A stretch of DNA of 64,000 nucleotides from Eledone cirrhosa (Eukaryota): NCBI GenBank assembly GCA_964016885.1, contig OZ024741.1, forward strand, positions 10,974,001 through 11,038,000. The letters are read 5' to 3'. Position numbers and translations under genes: made by a program. Shown in pieces: positions 15,801-30,999 of this stretch. Each line of letters starts with the position of its first letter. Position 1 is the first letter of the stretch. Below the pieces are notes generated by a model that did no database searches, was not told the DNA's origin, and saw only the letters and a list, made by a program, of their open reading frames with translations.

Positions 15801-17620
15801 GTATTGTACTTTATACTGTCACTGTAGGTATATTGTACTTTACACTGTTTACTGTAGATATATTGTACTTTACACTGTTTACTGTAGATATATTTTACTT
15901 TACAATGTTTACTGTAGATCTATTGTACTTTACACTGTTTACAGTAGATATATTGTACTTTACAATATTTTCTGTAGATATATTGTACTTTACACTGTTT
16001 ACTGTAGATATATTGTACTTTACACTGTTTACTGTATATATATTGCACTTCACACTGTTTACAGTAGATATATTATACTTTACACTGTTTACTGTAGATA
16101 TATTGTACTTTACACTATTTAGTGTAGATATATTTTACTTTACACTGTTTACTGTACATATATTGTACTTTACACTGTTTACTGTAGATATATTGTACTT
16201 TACACTGTTTACTGTAGATATATTGTACTTTACACTGTTTACTGTAGATATATCGTACTTTACACTGTTTACAGTAGTTATATTATACTTTACACTTTTT
16301 ACTATAGATATATTGCTTTTTACACTGTTTACTGTAGATATATTGTACTTTACGATGTTTACTGTAGATATATTGTACTTTACACTGTTTACTGTAGATA
16401 TATTGAACTTTACACTGTTTACCGTAGATATATTGTACTTTATACTGTTTACAGTAGATATATTGTACTTTACACTGTTTACTGTAGATATATTGTTCTT
16501 TACACTGTTCACTGTAGATATATTGTACTTTACACTGTTTATAGTAGTTACATTGTACTTTACACTGTTTACTGTAGATATATTGTACTTTACACTATTT
16601 ACTGTAGATATATTCTACTTTACACTGTCCACTGTAGATATATTGTACTTTACCCTGTTTACAGTAGATATATTGTACTTTACACTGTTTACTGTAGATA
16701 TATTTTACTTTACACTGTTTACAGTAGATATATTGTAGTTTACACTGTTTACTGTAGATATATTATACTTTACACTGTTTACTGTAGATATATTGTACTT
16801 TTCACTGTTTACTGTAGATATATTGTACTTTACACTGTTTACAGTAGATATAATGTACTTTACACTGTTTACTGTAGATATATTGTACTTTACACTGTTT
16901 ACCCTAGATCTATTGTACTTGACACTCTTTACTGTAGCTATATTGTACTTTACACTGTTTACAGTGGATATATTTTACTTTACACTGTTTACTGTAGATA
17001 TATTGTACTTTTCACTGTTTACTGTAGATATATTGTACTTTACACTGTTTACTGTAGATATATTGTACTTTACACTGTTTACTGTAGACATATTGTTCTT
17101 TACACTGTTTACTGTAGATATATTGTACTTTACGCTGTTTACTGTAGATATATTGTACTTTACATGTTTACTGTAGATATATTGTGCTTTACACTGTATA
17201 CTGTATATATATTGTACTTTACACGCTTTACTGTAGATATATTGTACTTTACACTGTTTACTGTAGATATATTGTACTTTACACTGTTTACTGTAGATAT
17301 ATTGTACTTTATACTGTTTACTGTAGACATATTGTACTTTACACTTTTTACTGTAGATATATTGTAGTTTACACTGTTTACTGTAGATATATTGTATATT
17401 ATACTGTTTACTGTACACATATTGTACTTTACACTGTTTACAGTAGATATATTGTAGTTTACACTTTTTACTGTAGATATATTTACTTTGTACTGTTTAC
17501 TGTAGAAATATTGTACTTTATACTGTTTACTGTAGATATATTGTACTTTACACTGTTTACTGTAGATATATTGTAATTTATACTGTTTACTGTAGACATA
17601 TTGTACTTTACACTGTTTAC
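11025..17620. repeat. Near-perfect tandem duplication with 3,288-bp unit (~11025-14312 vs ~14313-17600)
   Basis: Identical ORF translations at a constant offset of 3288 (11445/14733, 12511/15799, 12545/15833, 13505/16793, 13896/17184). Confidence 0.93.
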
Positions 17621-18199
17621 TGTAGATATATTGTAGTTTACACTGTTTACTGTAGATATATTGTACTTTACACTGTTTACTGTAGATATATTGTACTTTA
17701 TACTGTTTACTGTAGATATATTGTACTTTACACTGTTTTCTGTAGATATATTGTACTTTTTACTGTTTACTGTAGACATATTGTACTTTACACTGTTTAC
17801 TGTAGATATATTGTACTTTACACTGTAGATATATTGTACGTTACATTGTTCACTGTAGGTATATTGTACCTTACATTGTTCACTGTAGATGTATTGCACT
17901 TTATACTGTCACTGTAGGTATATTGTACTTTACACTGTTTACTGTAGATATATTGTACTTTACACTGTTTACTGTAGATATTTTGTACTTTACACAGTTT
18001 ACTGTAGATATATTTATGTTATACTGTTTACTGTAGACATATTGTACTTTACACTATTTATTGTAGATATATTGTACTTTATACTGTTTACTGTAGACAT
18101 ATTGTACTTTACACTGTTTACAGTAGATATATTGTAGTTTACACTGTTTACTGTAGATATATTATACTTTACACTGTTTACTGTAGATATATTTTACTT

Positions 18200-20900
18200 T
18201 ACACTGTTTACAGTAGATATATTGTACTTTACACTGTTTACTGTAGATATATTGTACTTTACACTGTTTACTCTAGATATATTTTACTTGACACTCTTTA
18301 CTGTAGCTATATTGTACTTTACACTGTTTACAGTGGATATTTTTTACTTTACACTGTTTACTGTAGATATATTGTACTTTACACTGTTTACTGTAGATAT
18401 ATTGTACTTTACACTATTTACAGTAGATACATTATACTTTACACTGTTTACTGTAGATATATTGTACTTTACACTGTTCACTTTAGATATATTGTTCTTT
18501 GCACTGTTTACTGTAGATATATTGTACTTTACAATATTTACTGTAGATATATTGTACTTTACACTGTTTACTGTAGATATATTGTACTTTACACTGTTTA
18601 CTGTATATATATTGTACCTCACACTGTTTACAGTGGATATATTATACTTTACACTGTTTACTGTAGATATATTGTACTTTACACTATTTAGTGTAGATAT
18701 ATTGTACTTTACACTGTTTACTGTAGATACATTGTACTTTACGCTGTTTACTGTAGATATATTGTACTTTACATGTTTACTGTAGATATATTGTGCTTTA
18801 CACTGTATACTGTAGATATATTGTACTTTACACTGTTTACTGTAGATATATTGTACTTTGCACTGTTTACTGTAGATATATTGTACTTTACACTGTTTAT
18901 TGTAGATATATTTTAATTTACATTGTTTACTGTAGATATATTGTACTTTACACTGTTTACTGTAGATATATTATACTTTACACTGTTTACTGTAGATATA
19001 TTGTACTTTACACTGTTTACTGTAGATATATTGTACTTTATACTCTTGACTGTAGACATATTGTACTTTACACTGTTTACTGTTGATACATTGTAGTTTC
19101 CACTGTTTACTGTAGATATATTGTACTTTACACTGTTTACTGTAGATATATTGTACTTTATACTGCTTACTGTAGATATATTGTACTTTACACTGTTTAC
19201 AGTGGATATATTTTACTTTACACTGTTTACTGTAGATATATTGTACTTTACGCTTTTTACTGTAGATATATTGTACTTTACACTGTTCTCTTTAGATATA
19301 TTATACTTTACACTGTTTACAGTAGATATATTGTACTTTACAATATTTACAGTAGATATATTGTACTTTACACTATTTACTGTAGATATATTGTACTTTA
19401 CACTGTTTACTGTAGATATATTGTACTTTACACTGTTTACAGTAGATATATTGTACTTTATACTGTTTACTGTAGACATATTGTACTTTACACTGTTTAC
19501 TGTAGATATATTGTAGTTTACACTGTTTACTGTAGATATATTGTATATTATACTGTTTACTGTACACATATTGTACTTTGCACTGTTTACTGTAGATATA
19601 TTGTAGTTTACACTGTTTACAGTAGATATATTGTACTTTACACTGTTTACTGTAGATATATTGTACTTTACACTGTTTACTCTAGATATATTTTACTTGA
19701 CACTCTTTACTGTAGCTATATTGTACTTTACACTGTTTACAGTGGATATTTTTTACTTTACACTGTTTACTGTAGATATATTGTACTTTACACTGTTTAC
19801 TGTAGATATATTGTACTTTACACTATTTACAGTAGATACATTATACTTTACACTGTTTACTGTAGATATATTGTACTTTACACTGTTCACTTTAGATATA
19901 TTGTTCTTTGCACTGTTTACTGTAGATATATTGTACTTTACAATATTTACTGTAGATATATTGTACTTTACACTGTTTACTGTAGATATATTGTACTTTA
20001 CACTGTTTACTGTATATATATTGTACCTCACACTGTTTACAGTGGATATATTATACTTTACACTGTTTACTGTAGATATATTGTACTTTACACTATTTAG
20101 TGTAGATATATTGTACTTTACACTGTTTACTGTAGATACATTGTACTTTACGCTGTTTACTGTAGATATATTGTACTTTACATGTTTACTGTAGATATAT
20201 TGTGCTTTACACTGTATACTGTAGATATATTGTACTTTACACTGTTTACTGTAGATATATTGTACTTTGCACTGTTTACTGTAGATATATTGTACTTTAC
20301 ACTGTTTATTGTAGATATATTTTAATTTACATTGTTTACTGTAGATATATTGTACTTTACACTGTTTACAGTAGATATATTGTACTTTACACTGTTTACT
20401 GTAGATATATTATACTTTACACTGTTTACTGTAGATATATTGTACTTTACACTGTTTACTGTAGATATATTGTACTTTATACTCTTGACTGTAGACATAT
20501 TGTACTTTACACTGTTTACTGTTGATACATTGTAGTTTACACTGTTTACTGTAGATATATTGTACTTTACACTGTTTACTGTAGATATATTGTACTTTAT
20601 ACTGCTTACTGTAGATATATTATACTTTACACTGTTTACAGTAGATATATTGTACTTTACAATATTTACTGTAGATATATTGTACTTTACACTATTTACT
20701 GTAGATATATTGTACTTTACACTGTTTACTGTAGATATATTGTACTTTACACTGTTTACAGTAGATATATTGTACTTTATACTGTTTACTGTAGACATAT
20801 TGTACTTTACACTGTTTACTGTAGATATATTGTAGTTTACACTGTTTACTGTAGATATATTGTATATTATACTGTTTACTGTACACATATTGTACTTTAC
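18200..20900. repeat. Local duplication with ~1,409-bp unit
   Basis: Identical 187-aa read-through at 18222 and 19631; also 18344/19753 and 18793/20202 (offset 1409). Later monomers differ in number. Confidence 0.8.
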
Positions 20901-23900
20901 ACTGTTTACTGTAGATATATTGTAGTTGACACTGTTTAATGTAGATATATTGTACTTTGTACTGTTTACTGTAGAAATAGTGTACTTTATACTGTTTACT
21001 GTATATATATTGTACTTTACACTGTTTACTGTAGATATATTGTACTTTATACACTTTACTGTAGACATATTGTACTTTACACTGTTTATTGTAGATATAT
21101 TGTAGTTTACACTGTTTACTGTAGATATATTGTACTTTACACTGTTTACTGTAGATATATTGTACTTTATACTGCTTACTGTAGATATATTGTACTTTAC
21201 ACTGTTTTCTGTAGATATATTGTACTTTTTACTGTTTACTGTAGACATATTGTACTTTATACTGTTTACTGTAGATATATTGTACTTTACACAGTAGATA
21301 TATTGTACGTTACATTGTTCACTGTAGGTATATTGTACATTACATTGTTCACTGTAGATGTATTGTACTTTATACTGTCACTGTAGGTATATTGTACTTT
21401 ACAGTGTTTACTGTAGATATATTGTACTTTACACTGTTTACTGTAGATATTTTGTACTTTACACTGTTTACTGTAGATATATTGTATGTTATACTGTTTA
21501 CTGTAGACATATTGTACTTTACACTATTTACTGTAGATATATTGTACTTTATACTGTTTACTGTAGACATATTGTATTTTATACACTTTACTGTAGATAT
21601 ATTGTACTTTACACTGTAGATATATTGTACGTTACATTGTTCACTGTAGGTATATTGTACGTTACATTGTTCACTGTAGATGTATTGTACTTTAGACTGT
21701 TCACTGTAGGTATATTGTACTTTACACTGTTTACTGTAGATATATTGTACTTTAAACTGTTTACTGTAGATATTTTGTACTTTACACTGTTTACTGTAGA
21801 CATATTGTACTTTACACTGTTTACTGTAGATATATTGTACTTTAGACTGTTTACTGTAGATATATTGTACTTTACACTGTTTACTGTATATATATGGTAC
21901 TTCACACTGTTTACAGTAGATATATTATACTTTACACTGTTTACTGTAGATATATTGTACTTTACACTATTTAGTGTAGATATATTGTACTTTACACTGT
22001 TTACTGTAGATATATTGTACTTTACGCTGTTTACTGTAGATATATTGTACTTTACATGTTTACTGTAGATATATTGTGCTTTACACTGTATACTGTAGAT
22101 ATATTGTACCTTACCCTGTTTACTGTACATATATTGTACTTTACACTGTTTACAGTTGATATATTGTACTTTACACTGTTTATTGTAGATATATTTTAAT
22201 TTACATTGTTTACTGTAGATATATTGTACTTTACACTGTTTACAGTAGATATATTGTACTTTACACTGTTTACTGTAGATATATTGTTCTTTACACTGTT
22301 TACTATAGATATATTGGACTTTACACTGTTTACTGTAGACATATTGTACTTTACACTGTTTACTGTAGATATATTGTACTTCACACTGTTTACTGTAGAT
22401 ATATTTTACTTTACACTATTGACTGTAGATATATTGTAGTTTACACTGTTTACTGTAGATATATTGTAGTTTACACTGTTTACTGTAGATATATTGTTCT
22501 TTACACTGTTTACTGTAGATATATTGTACTTTACACACTTCACTTTAGATATATTGTACTTTACACTGTTTACGGTAGATATATTGTACTTTACAATATT
22601 TACTGTAGATATATTGTACTTTACACTGTTTACTGTAGATATATTGTACTTTACACTGTTTACTGTAGATATATTGTCCTTTACACTGTTTACAGTAGAT
22701 ATATTATACTTTACACTGTTTACTGTAGATATATTGTACTTTACGCTGTTTACTGTAGATATATTGTACTTTACATGTTTACTGTAGATATATTGTGCTT
22801 TACACTGTATACTGTAGATATATTGTACTTTACACTGTTTACTGTAGATATATTGTACTTTACACTGTTTACTGTAGATATATTGTACTTTATACTGTTC
22901 ACCGTAGGTATGTTGTACTTTACTCTGTTTACTGTAGATATATTCTACTTTACACTGTTCACTGTAGATATATTGTACTTTACACTGTTTATAGTAGATA
23001 CATTGTACTTTACACTATTTACTGTAGATATATTCTACTTCATACTGTCCACTGTAGGTATATTGTACCTTACATTGTTCACTGTACATGTATTGTACTT
23101 TATACTGTCACTGTAGGTATATTGTACTTTACACTGTTTACTGTAGATATATTGTACTTTACACTGTTTACTGTAGATATTTTGTACTTTACACAGTTTA
23201 CTGTAGATATATTTATGTTATACTGTTTACTGTAGACATATTGTACTTTACACTATTTATTGTAGATATATTGTACTTTATACTGTTTACTGTAGACATA
23301 TTGTACTTTACACTGTTTACTGTAGATATATTGTAGTTTACACTGTTTACTGTAGATATATTGTACTTTGTACTGTTTACTGTAGATATATTTTACTTTA
23401 CACTGCTTACAGTAGATATATTGTAGTTTACACTGTTTACTGTAGATATATTATACTTTACACTGTTTACTGTAGATATATTTTACTTTACACTGTTTAC
23501 AGTAGATATATTGTACTTTACACTGTTTACTGTAGATATATTGTACTTTACACTGTTTACTCTAGATATATTTTACTTGACACTCTTTACTGTAGCTATA
23601 TTGTACTTTACACTGTTTACAGTGGATATTTTTTACTTTACACTGTTTACTGTAGATATATTGTACTTTACACTATTTACAGTAGATACATTATACTTTA
23701 CACTGTTTACTGTAGATATATTGTACTTTACACTGTTCACTTTAGATATATTGTTCTTTGCACTGTTTACTGTAGATATATTGTACTTTACAATATTTAC
23801 TGTAGATATATTGTACTTTACACTGTTTACTGTAGATATATTGTACTTTACACTATTTAGTGTAGATATATTGTACTTTACACTGTTTACTGTAGATACA

Positions 23901-26900
23901 TTGTACTTTACGCTGTTTACTGTAGATATATTGTACTTTACATGTTTACTGTAGATATATTGTGCTTTACACTGTATACTGTAGATATATTGTACTTTAC
24001 ACTGTTTACTGTAGATATATTGTACTTTGCACTGTTTACTGTAGATATATTGTACTTTACACTGTTTATTGTAGATATATTTTAATTTACATTGTTTACT
24101 GTAGATATATTGTACTTTACACTGTTTACAGTAGATATATTGTACTTTACACTGTTTACTGTAGATATATTATACTTTACACTGTTTACTGTAGATATAT
24201 TGTACTTTACACTGTTTACTGTAGATATATTGTACTTTATACTCTTGACTGTAGACATATTGTACTTTACACTGTTTACTGTTGATACATTGTAGTTTAC
24301 ACTGTTTACTGTAGATATATTGTACTTTACACTGTTTACTGTAGATATATTGTACTTTATACTGCTTACTGTAGATATATTATACTTTACACTGTTTACA
24401 GTAGATATATTGTACTTTACAATATTTACTGTAGATATATTGTACTTTACACTATTTACTGTAGATATATTGTACTTTACACTGTTTACTGCAGATATAT
24501 TGTACTTTACACTGTTTACAGTAGATATATTGTACTTTATACTGTTTACTGTAGACATATTGTACTTTACACTGTTTACTGTAGATATATTGTAGTTTAC
24601 ACTGTTTACTGTAGATATATTGTATATTATACTGTTTACTGTACACATATTGTACTTTACACTGTTTACTGTAGATATATTGTAGTTTACACTGTTTAAT
24701 GTAGATATATTGTACTTTGTACTGTTTACTGTAGAAATAGTGTACTTTATACTGTTTACTGTATATATATTGTACTTTACACTGTTTACTGTAGATATAT
24801 TGTACTTTATACACTTTACTGTAGACATATTGTACTTTACACTGTTTATTGTAGATATATTGTAGTTTACACTGTTTACTGTAGATATATTGTACTTTAC
24901 ACTGTTTACTGTAGATATATTGTACTTTACACTGTTTACTGTAGATATATTATACTTTACACTGTTTACTGTAGATATATTGTACTTTACACTGTTTACT
25001 GTAGATATATTGTACTTTATACTCTTGACTGTAGACATATTGTACTTTACACTGTTTACTGTTGATACATTGTAGTTTCCACTGTTTACTGTAGATATAT
25101 TGTACTTTACACTGTTTACTGTAGATATATTGTACTTTATACTGCTTACTGTAGATATATTGTACTTTACACTGTTTACAGTGGATATATTTTACTTTAC
25201 ACTGTTTACTGTAGATATATTGTACTTTACGCTTTTTACTGTAGATATATTGTACTTTACACTGTTCTCTTTAGATATATTATACTTTACACTGTTTACA
25301 GTAGATATATTGTACTTTACAATATTTACAGTAGATATATTGTACTTTACACTATTTACTGTAGATATATTGTACTTTACACTGTTTACTGTAGATATAT
25401 TGTACTTTACACTGTTTACAGTAGATATATTGTACTTTATACTGTTTACTGTAGACATATTGTACTTTACACTGTTTACTGTAGATATATTGTAGTTTAC
25501 ACTGTTTACTGTAGATATATTGTATATTATACTGTTTACTGTACACATATTGTACTTTACACTGTTTACTGTAGATATATTGTAGTTTACACTGTTTACA
25601 GTAGATATATTGTACTTTACACTGTTTACTGTAGATATATTGTACTTTACACTGTTTACTCTAGATATATTTTACTTGACACTCTTTACTGTAGCTATAT
25701 TGTACTTTACACTGTTTACAGTGGATATTTTTTACTTTACACTGTTTACTGTAGATATATTGTACTTTACACTGTTTACTGTAGATATATTGTACTTTAC
25801 ACTATTTACAGTAGATACATTATACTTTACACTGTTTACTGTAGATATATTGTACTTTACACTGTTCACTTTAGATATATTGTTCTTTGCACTGTTTACT
25901 GTAGATATATTGTACTTTACAATATTTACTGTAGATATATTGTACTTTACACTGTTTACTGTAGATATATTGTACTTTACACTGTTTACTGTATATATAT
26001 TGTACCTCACACTGTTTACAGTGGATATATTATACTTTACACTGTTTACTGTAGATATATTGTACTTTACACTATTTAGTGTAGATATATTGTACTTTAC
26101 ACTGTTTACTGTAGATACATTGTACTTTACGCTGTTTACTGTAGATATATTGTACTTTACATGTTTACTGTAGATATATTGTGCTTTACACTGTATACTG
26201 TAGATATATTGTACTTTACACTGTTTACTGTAGATATATTGTACTTTGCACTGTTTACTGTAGATATATTGTACTTTACACTGTTTATTGTAGATATATT
26301 TTAATTTACATTGTTTACTGTAGATATATTGTACTTTACACTGTTTACAGTAGATATATTGTACTTTACACTGTTTACTGTAGATATATTATACTTTACA
26401 CTGTTTACTGTAGATATATTGTACTTTACACTGTTTACTGTAGATATATTGTACTTTATACTCTTGACTGTAGACATATTGTACTTTACACTGTTTACTG
26501 TTGATACATTGTAGTTTACACTGTTTACTGTAGATATATTGTACTTTACACTGTTTACTGTAGATATATTGTACTTTATACTGCTTACTGTAGATATATT
26601 ATACTTTACACTGTTTACAGTAGATATATTGTACTTTACAATATTTACTGTAGATATATTGTACTTTACACTATTTACTGTAGATATATTGTACTTTACA
26701 CTGTTTACTGTAGATATATTGTACTTTACACTGTTTACAGTAGATATATTGTACTTTATACTGTTTACTGTAGACATATTGTACTTTACACTGTTTACTG
26801 TAGATATATTGTAGTTTACACTGTTTACTGTAGATATATTGTATATTATACTGTTTACTGTACACATATTGTACTTTACACTGTTTAATGTAGATATATT

Positions 26901-29900
26901 GTAGTTGACACTGTTTAATGTAGATATATTGTACTTTGTACTGTTTACTGTAGAAATAGTGTACTTTATACTGTTTACTGTATATATATTGTACTTTACA
27001 CTGTTTACTGTAGATATATTGTACTTTATACACTTTACTGTAGACATATTGTACTTTACACTGTTTATTGTAGATATATTGTAGTTTACACTGTTTACTG
27101 TAGATATATTGTACTTTACACTGTTTACTGTAGATATATTGTACTTTATACTGCTTACTGTAGATATATTGTACTTTACACTGTTTTCTGTAGATATATT
27201 GTACTTTTTACTGTTTACTGTAGACATATTGTACTTTATACTGTTTACTGTAGATATATTGTACTTTACACAGTAGATATATTGTACGTTACATTGTTCA
27301 CTGTAGGTATATTGTACATTACATTGTTCACTGTAGATGTATTGTACTTTATACTGTCACTGTAGGTATATTGTACTTTACAGTGTTTACTGTAGATATA
27401 TTGTACTTTACACTGTTTACTGTAGATATTTTGTACTTTACACTGTTTACTGTAGATATATTGTATGTTATACTGTTTACTGTAGACATATTGTACTTTA
27501 CACTATTTACTGTAGATATATTGTACTTTATACTGTTTACTGTAGACATATTGTATTTTATACACTTTACTGTAGATATATTGTACTTTACACTGTAGAT
27601 ATATTGTACGTTACATTGTTCACTGTAGGTATATTGTACGTTACATTGTTCACTGTAGATGTATTGTACTTTAGACTGTTCACTGTAGGTATATTGTACT
27701 TTACACTGTTTACTGTAGATATATTGTACTTTAAACTGTTTACTGTAGATATTTTGTACTTTACACTGTTTACTGTAGACATATTGTACTTTACACTGTT
27801 TACTGTAGATATATTGTACTTTAGACTGTTTACTGTAGATATATTGTACTTTACACTGTTTACTGTATATATATGGTACTTCACACTGTTTACAGTAGAT
27901 ATATTATACTTTACACTGTTTACTGTAGATATATTGTACTTTACACTATTTAGTGTAGATATATTGTACTTTACACTGTTTACTGTAGATATATTGTACT
28001 TTACGCTGTTTACTGTAGATATATTGTACTTTACATGTTTACTGTAGATATATTGTGCTTTACACTGTATACTGTAGATATATTGTACCTTACCCTGTTT
28101 ACTGTACATATATTGTACTTTACACTGTTTACAGTTGATATATTGTACTTTACACTGTTTATTGTAGATATATTTTAATTTACATTGTTTACTGTAGATA
28201 TATTGTACTTTACACTGTTTACAGTAGATATATTGTACTTTACACTGTTTACTGTAGATATATTGTTCTTTACACTGTTTACTATAGATATATTGGACTT
28301 TACACTGTTTACTGTAGACATATTGTACTTTACACTGTTTACTGTAGATATATTGTACTTCACACTGTTTACTGTAGATATATTTTACTTTACACTATTG
28401 ACTGTAGATATATTGTAGTTTACACTGTTTACTGTAGATATATTGTAGTTTACACTGTTTACTGTAGATATATTGTTCTTTACACTGTTTACTGTAGATA
28501 TATTGTACTTTACACACTTCACTTTAGATATATTGTACTTTACACTGTTTACGGTAGATATATTGTACTTTACAATATTTACTGTAGATATATTGTACTT
28601 TACACTGTTTACTGTAGATATATTGTACTTTACACTGTTTACTGTAGATATATTGTCCTTTACACTGTTTACAGTAGATATATTATACTTTACACTGTTT
28701 ACTGTAGATATATTGTACTTTACGCTGTTTACTGTAGATATATTGTACTTTACATGTTTACTGTAGATATATTGTGCTTTACACTGTATACTGTAGATAT
28801 ATTGTACTTTACACTGTTTACTGTAGATATATTGTACTTTACACTGTTTACTGTAGATATATTGTACTTTATACTGTTCACCGTAGGTATGTTGTACTTT
28901 ACTCTGTTTACTGTAGATATATTCTACTTTACACTGTTCACTGTAGATATATTGTACTTTACACTGTTTATAGTAGATACATTGTACTTTACACTATTTA
29001 CTGTAGATATATTCTACTTCATACTGTCCACTGTAGGTATATTGTACCTTACATTGTTCACTGTACATGTATTGTACTTTATACTGTCACTGTAGGTATA
29101 TTGTACTTTACACTGTTTACTGTAGATATATTGTACTTTACACTGTTTACTGTAGATATTTTGTACTTTACACAGTTTACTGTAGATATATTTATGTTAT
29201 ACTGTTTACTGTAGACATATTGTACTTTACACTATTTATTGTAGATATATTGTACTTTATACTGTTTACTGTAGACATATTGTACTTTACACTGTTTACT
29301 GTAGATATATTGTAGTTTACACTGTTTACTGTAGATATATTGTACTTTGTACTGTTTACTGTAGATATATTTTACTTTACACTGCTTACAGTAGATATAT
29401 TGTAGTTTACACTGTTTACTGTAGATATATTATACTTTACACTGTTTACTGTAGATATATTTTACTTTACACTGTTTACAGTAGATATATTGTACTTTAC
29501 ACTGTTTACTGTAGATATATTGTACTTTACACTGTTTACTCTAGATATATTTTACTTGACACTCTTTACTGTAGCTATATTGTACTTTACACTGTTTACA
29601 GTGGATATTTTTTACTTTACACTGTTTACTGTAGATATATTGTACTTTACACTATTTACAGTAGATACATTATACTTTACACTGTTTACTGTAGATATAT
29701 TGTACTTTACACTGTTCACTTTAGATATATTGTTCTTTGCACTGTTTACTGTAGATATATTGTACTTTACAATATTTACTGTAGATATATTGTACTTTAC
29801 ACTGTTTACTGTAGATATATTGTACTTTACACTATTTAGTGTAGATATATTGTACTTTACACTGTTTACTGTAGATACATTGTACTTTACGCTGTTTACT

Positions 29901-30890
29901 GTAGATATATTGTACTTTACATGTTTACTGTAGATATATTGTGCTTTACACTGTATACTGTAGATATATTGTACTTTACACTGTTTACTGTAGATATATT
30001 GTACTTTGCACTGTTTACTGTAGATATATTGTACTTTACACTGTTTATTGTAGATATATTTTAATTTACATTGTTTACTGTAGATATATTGTACTTTACA
30101 CTGTTTACAGTAGATATATTGTACTTTACACTGTTTACTGTAGATATATTATACTTTACACTGTTTACTGTAGATATATTGTACTTTACACTGTTTACTG
30201 TAGATATATTGTACTTTATACTCTTGACTGTAGACATATTGTACTTTACACTGTTTACTGTTGATACATTGTAGTTTACACTGTTTACTGTAGATATATT
30301 GTACTTTACACTGTTTACTGTAGATATATTGTACTTTATACTGCTTACTGTAGATATATTATACTTTACACTGTTTACAGTAGATATATTGTACTTTACA
30401 ATATTTACTGTAGATATATTGTACTTTACACTATTTACTGTAGATATATTGTACTTTACACTGTTTACTGCAGATATATTGTACTTTACACTGTTTACAT
30501 TAGATATATTGTACTTTATACTGTTTACTGTAGACATATTGTACTTTACACTGTTTACTGTAGATATATTGTAGTTTACACTGTTTACTGTAGATATATT
30601 GTATATTATACTGTTTACTGTACACATATTGTACTTTACACTGTTTACTGTAGATATATTGTAGTTTACACTGTTTAATGTAGATATATTGTACTTTGTA
30701 CTGTTTACTGTAGAAATAGTGTACTTTATACTGTTTACTGTATATATATTGTACTTTACACTGTTTACTGTAGATATATTGTACTTTATACACTTTACTG
30801 TAGACATATTGTACTTTACACTGTTTATTGTAGATATATTGTAGTTTACACTGTTTACTGTAGATATATTGTACTTTACACTGTTTACTG
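18930..30890. repeat. Near-perfect tandem duplication with 5,979-bp unit (~18930-24908 vs ~24909-30887)
   Basis: Constant offset 5979 (19121/25100, 19631/25610, 21358/27337, 22494/28473, 23511/29490, 24320/30299). Only scattered substitutions seen, e.g. near 26888 and 30500. Confidence 0.93.
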
Positions 30891-30999
30891 TAGATATATT
30901 GTACTTTATACTGCTTACTGTAGATATATTGTACTTTACACTGTTTTCTGTAGATATATTGTACTTTTTACTGTTTACTGTAGACATATTGTACTTTAT

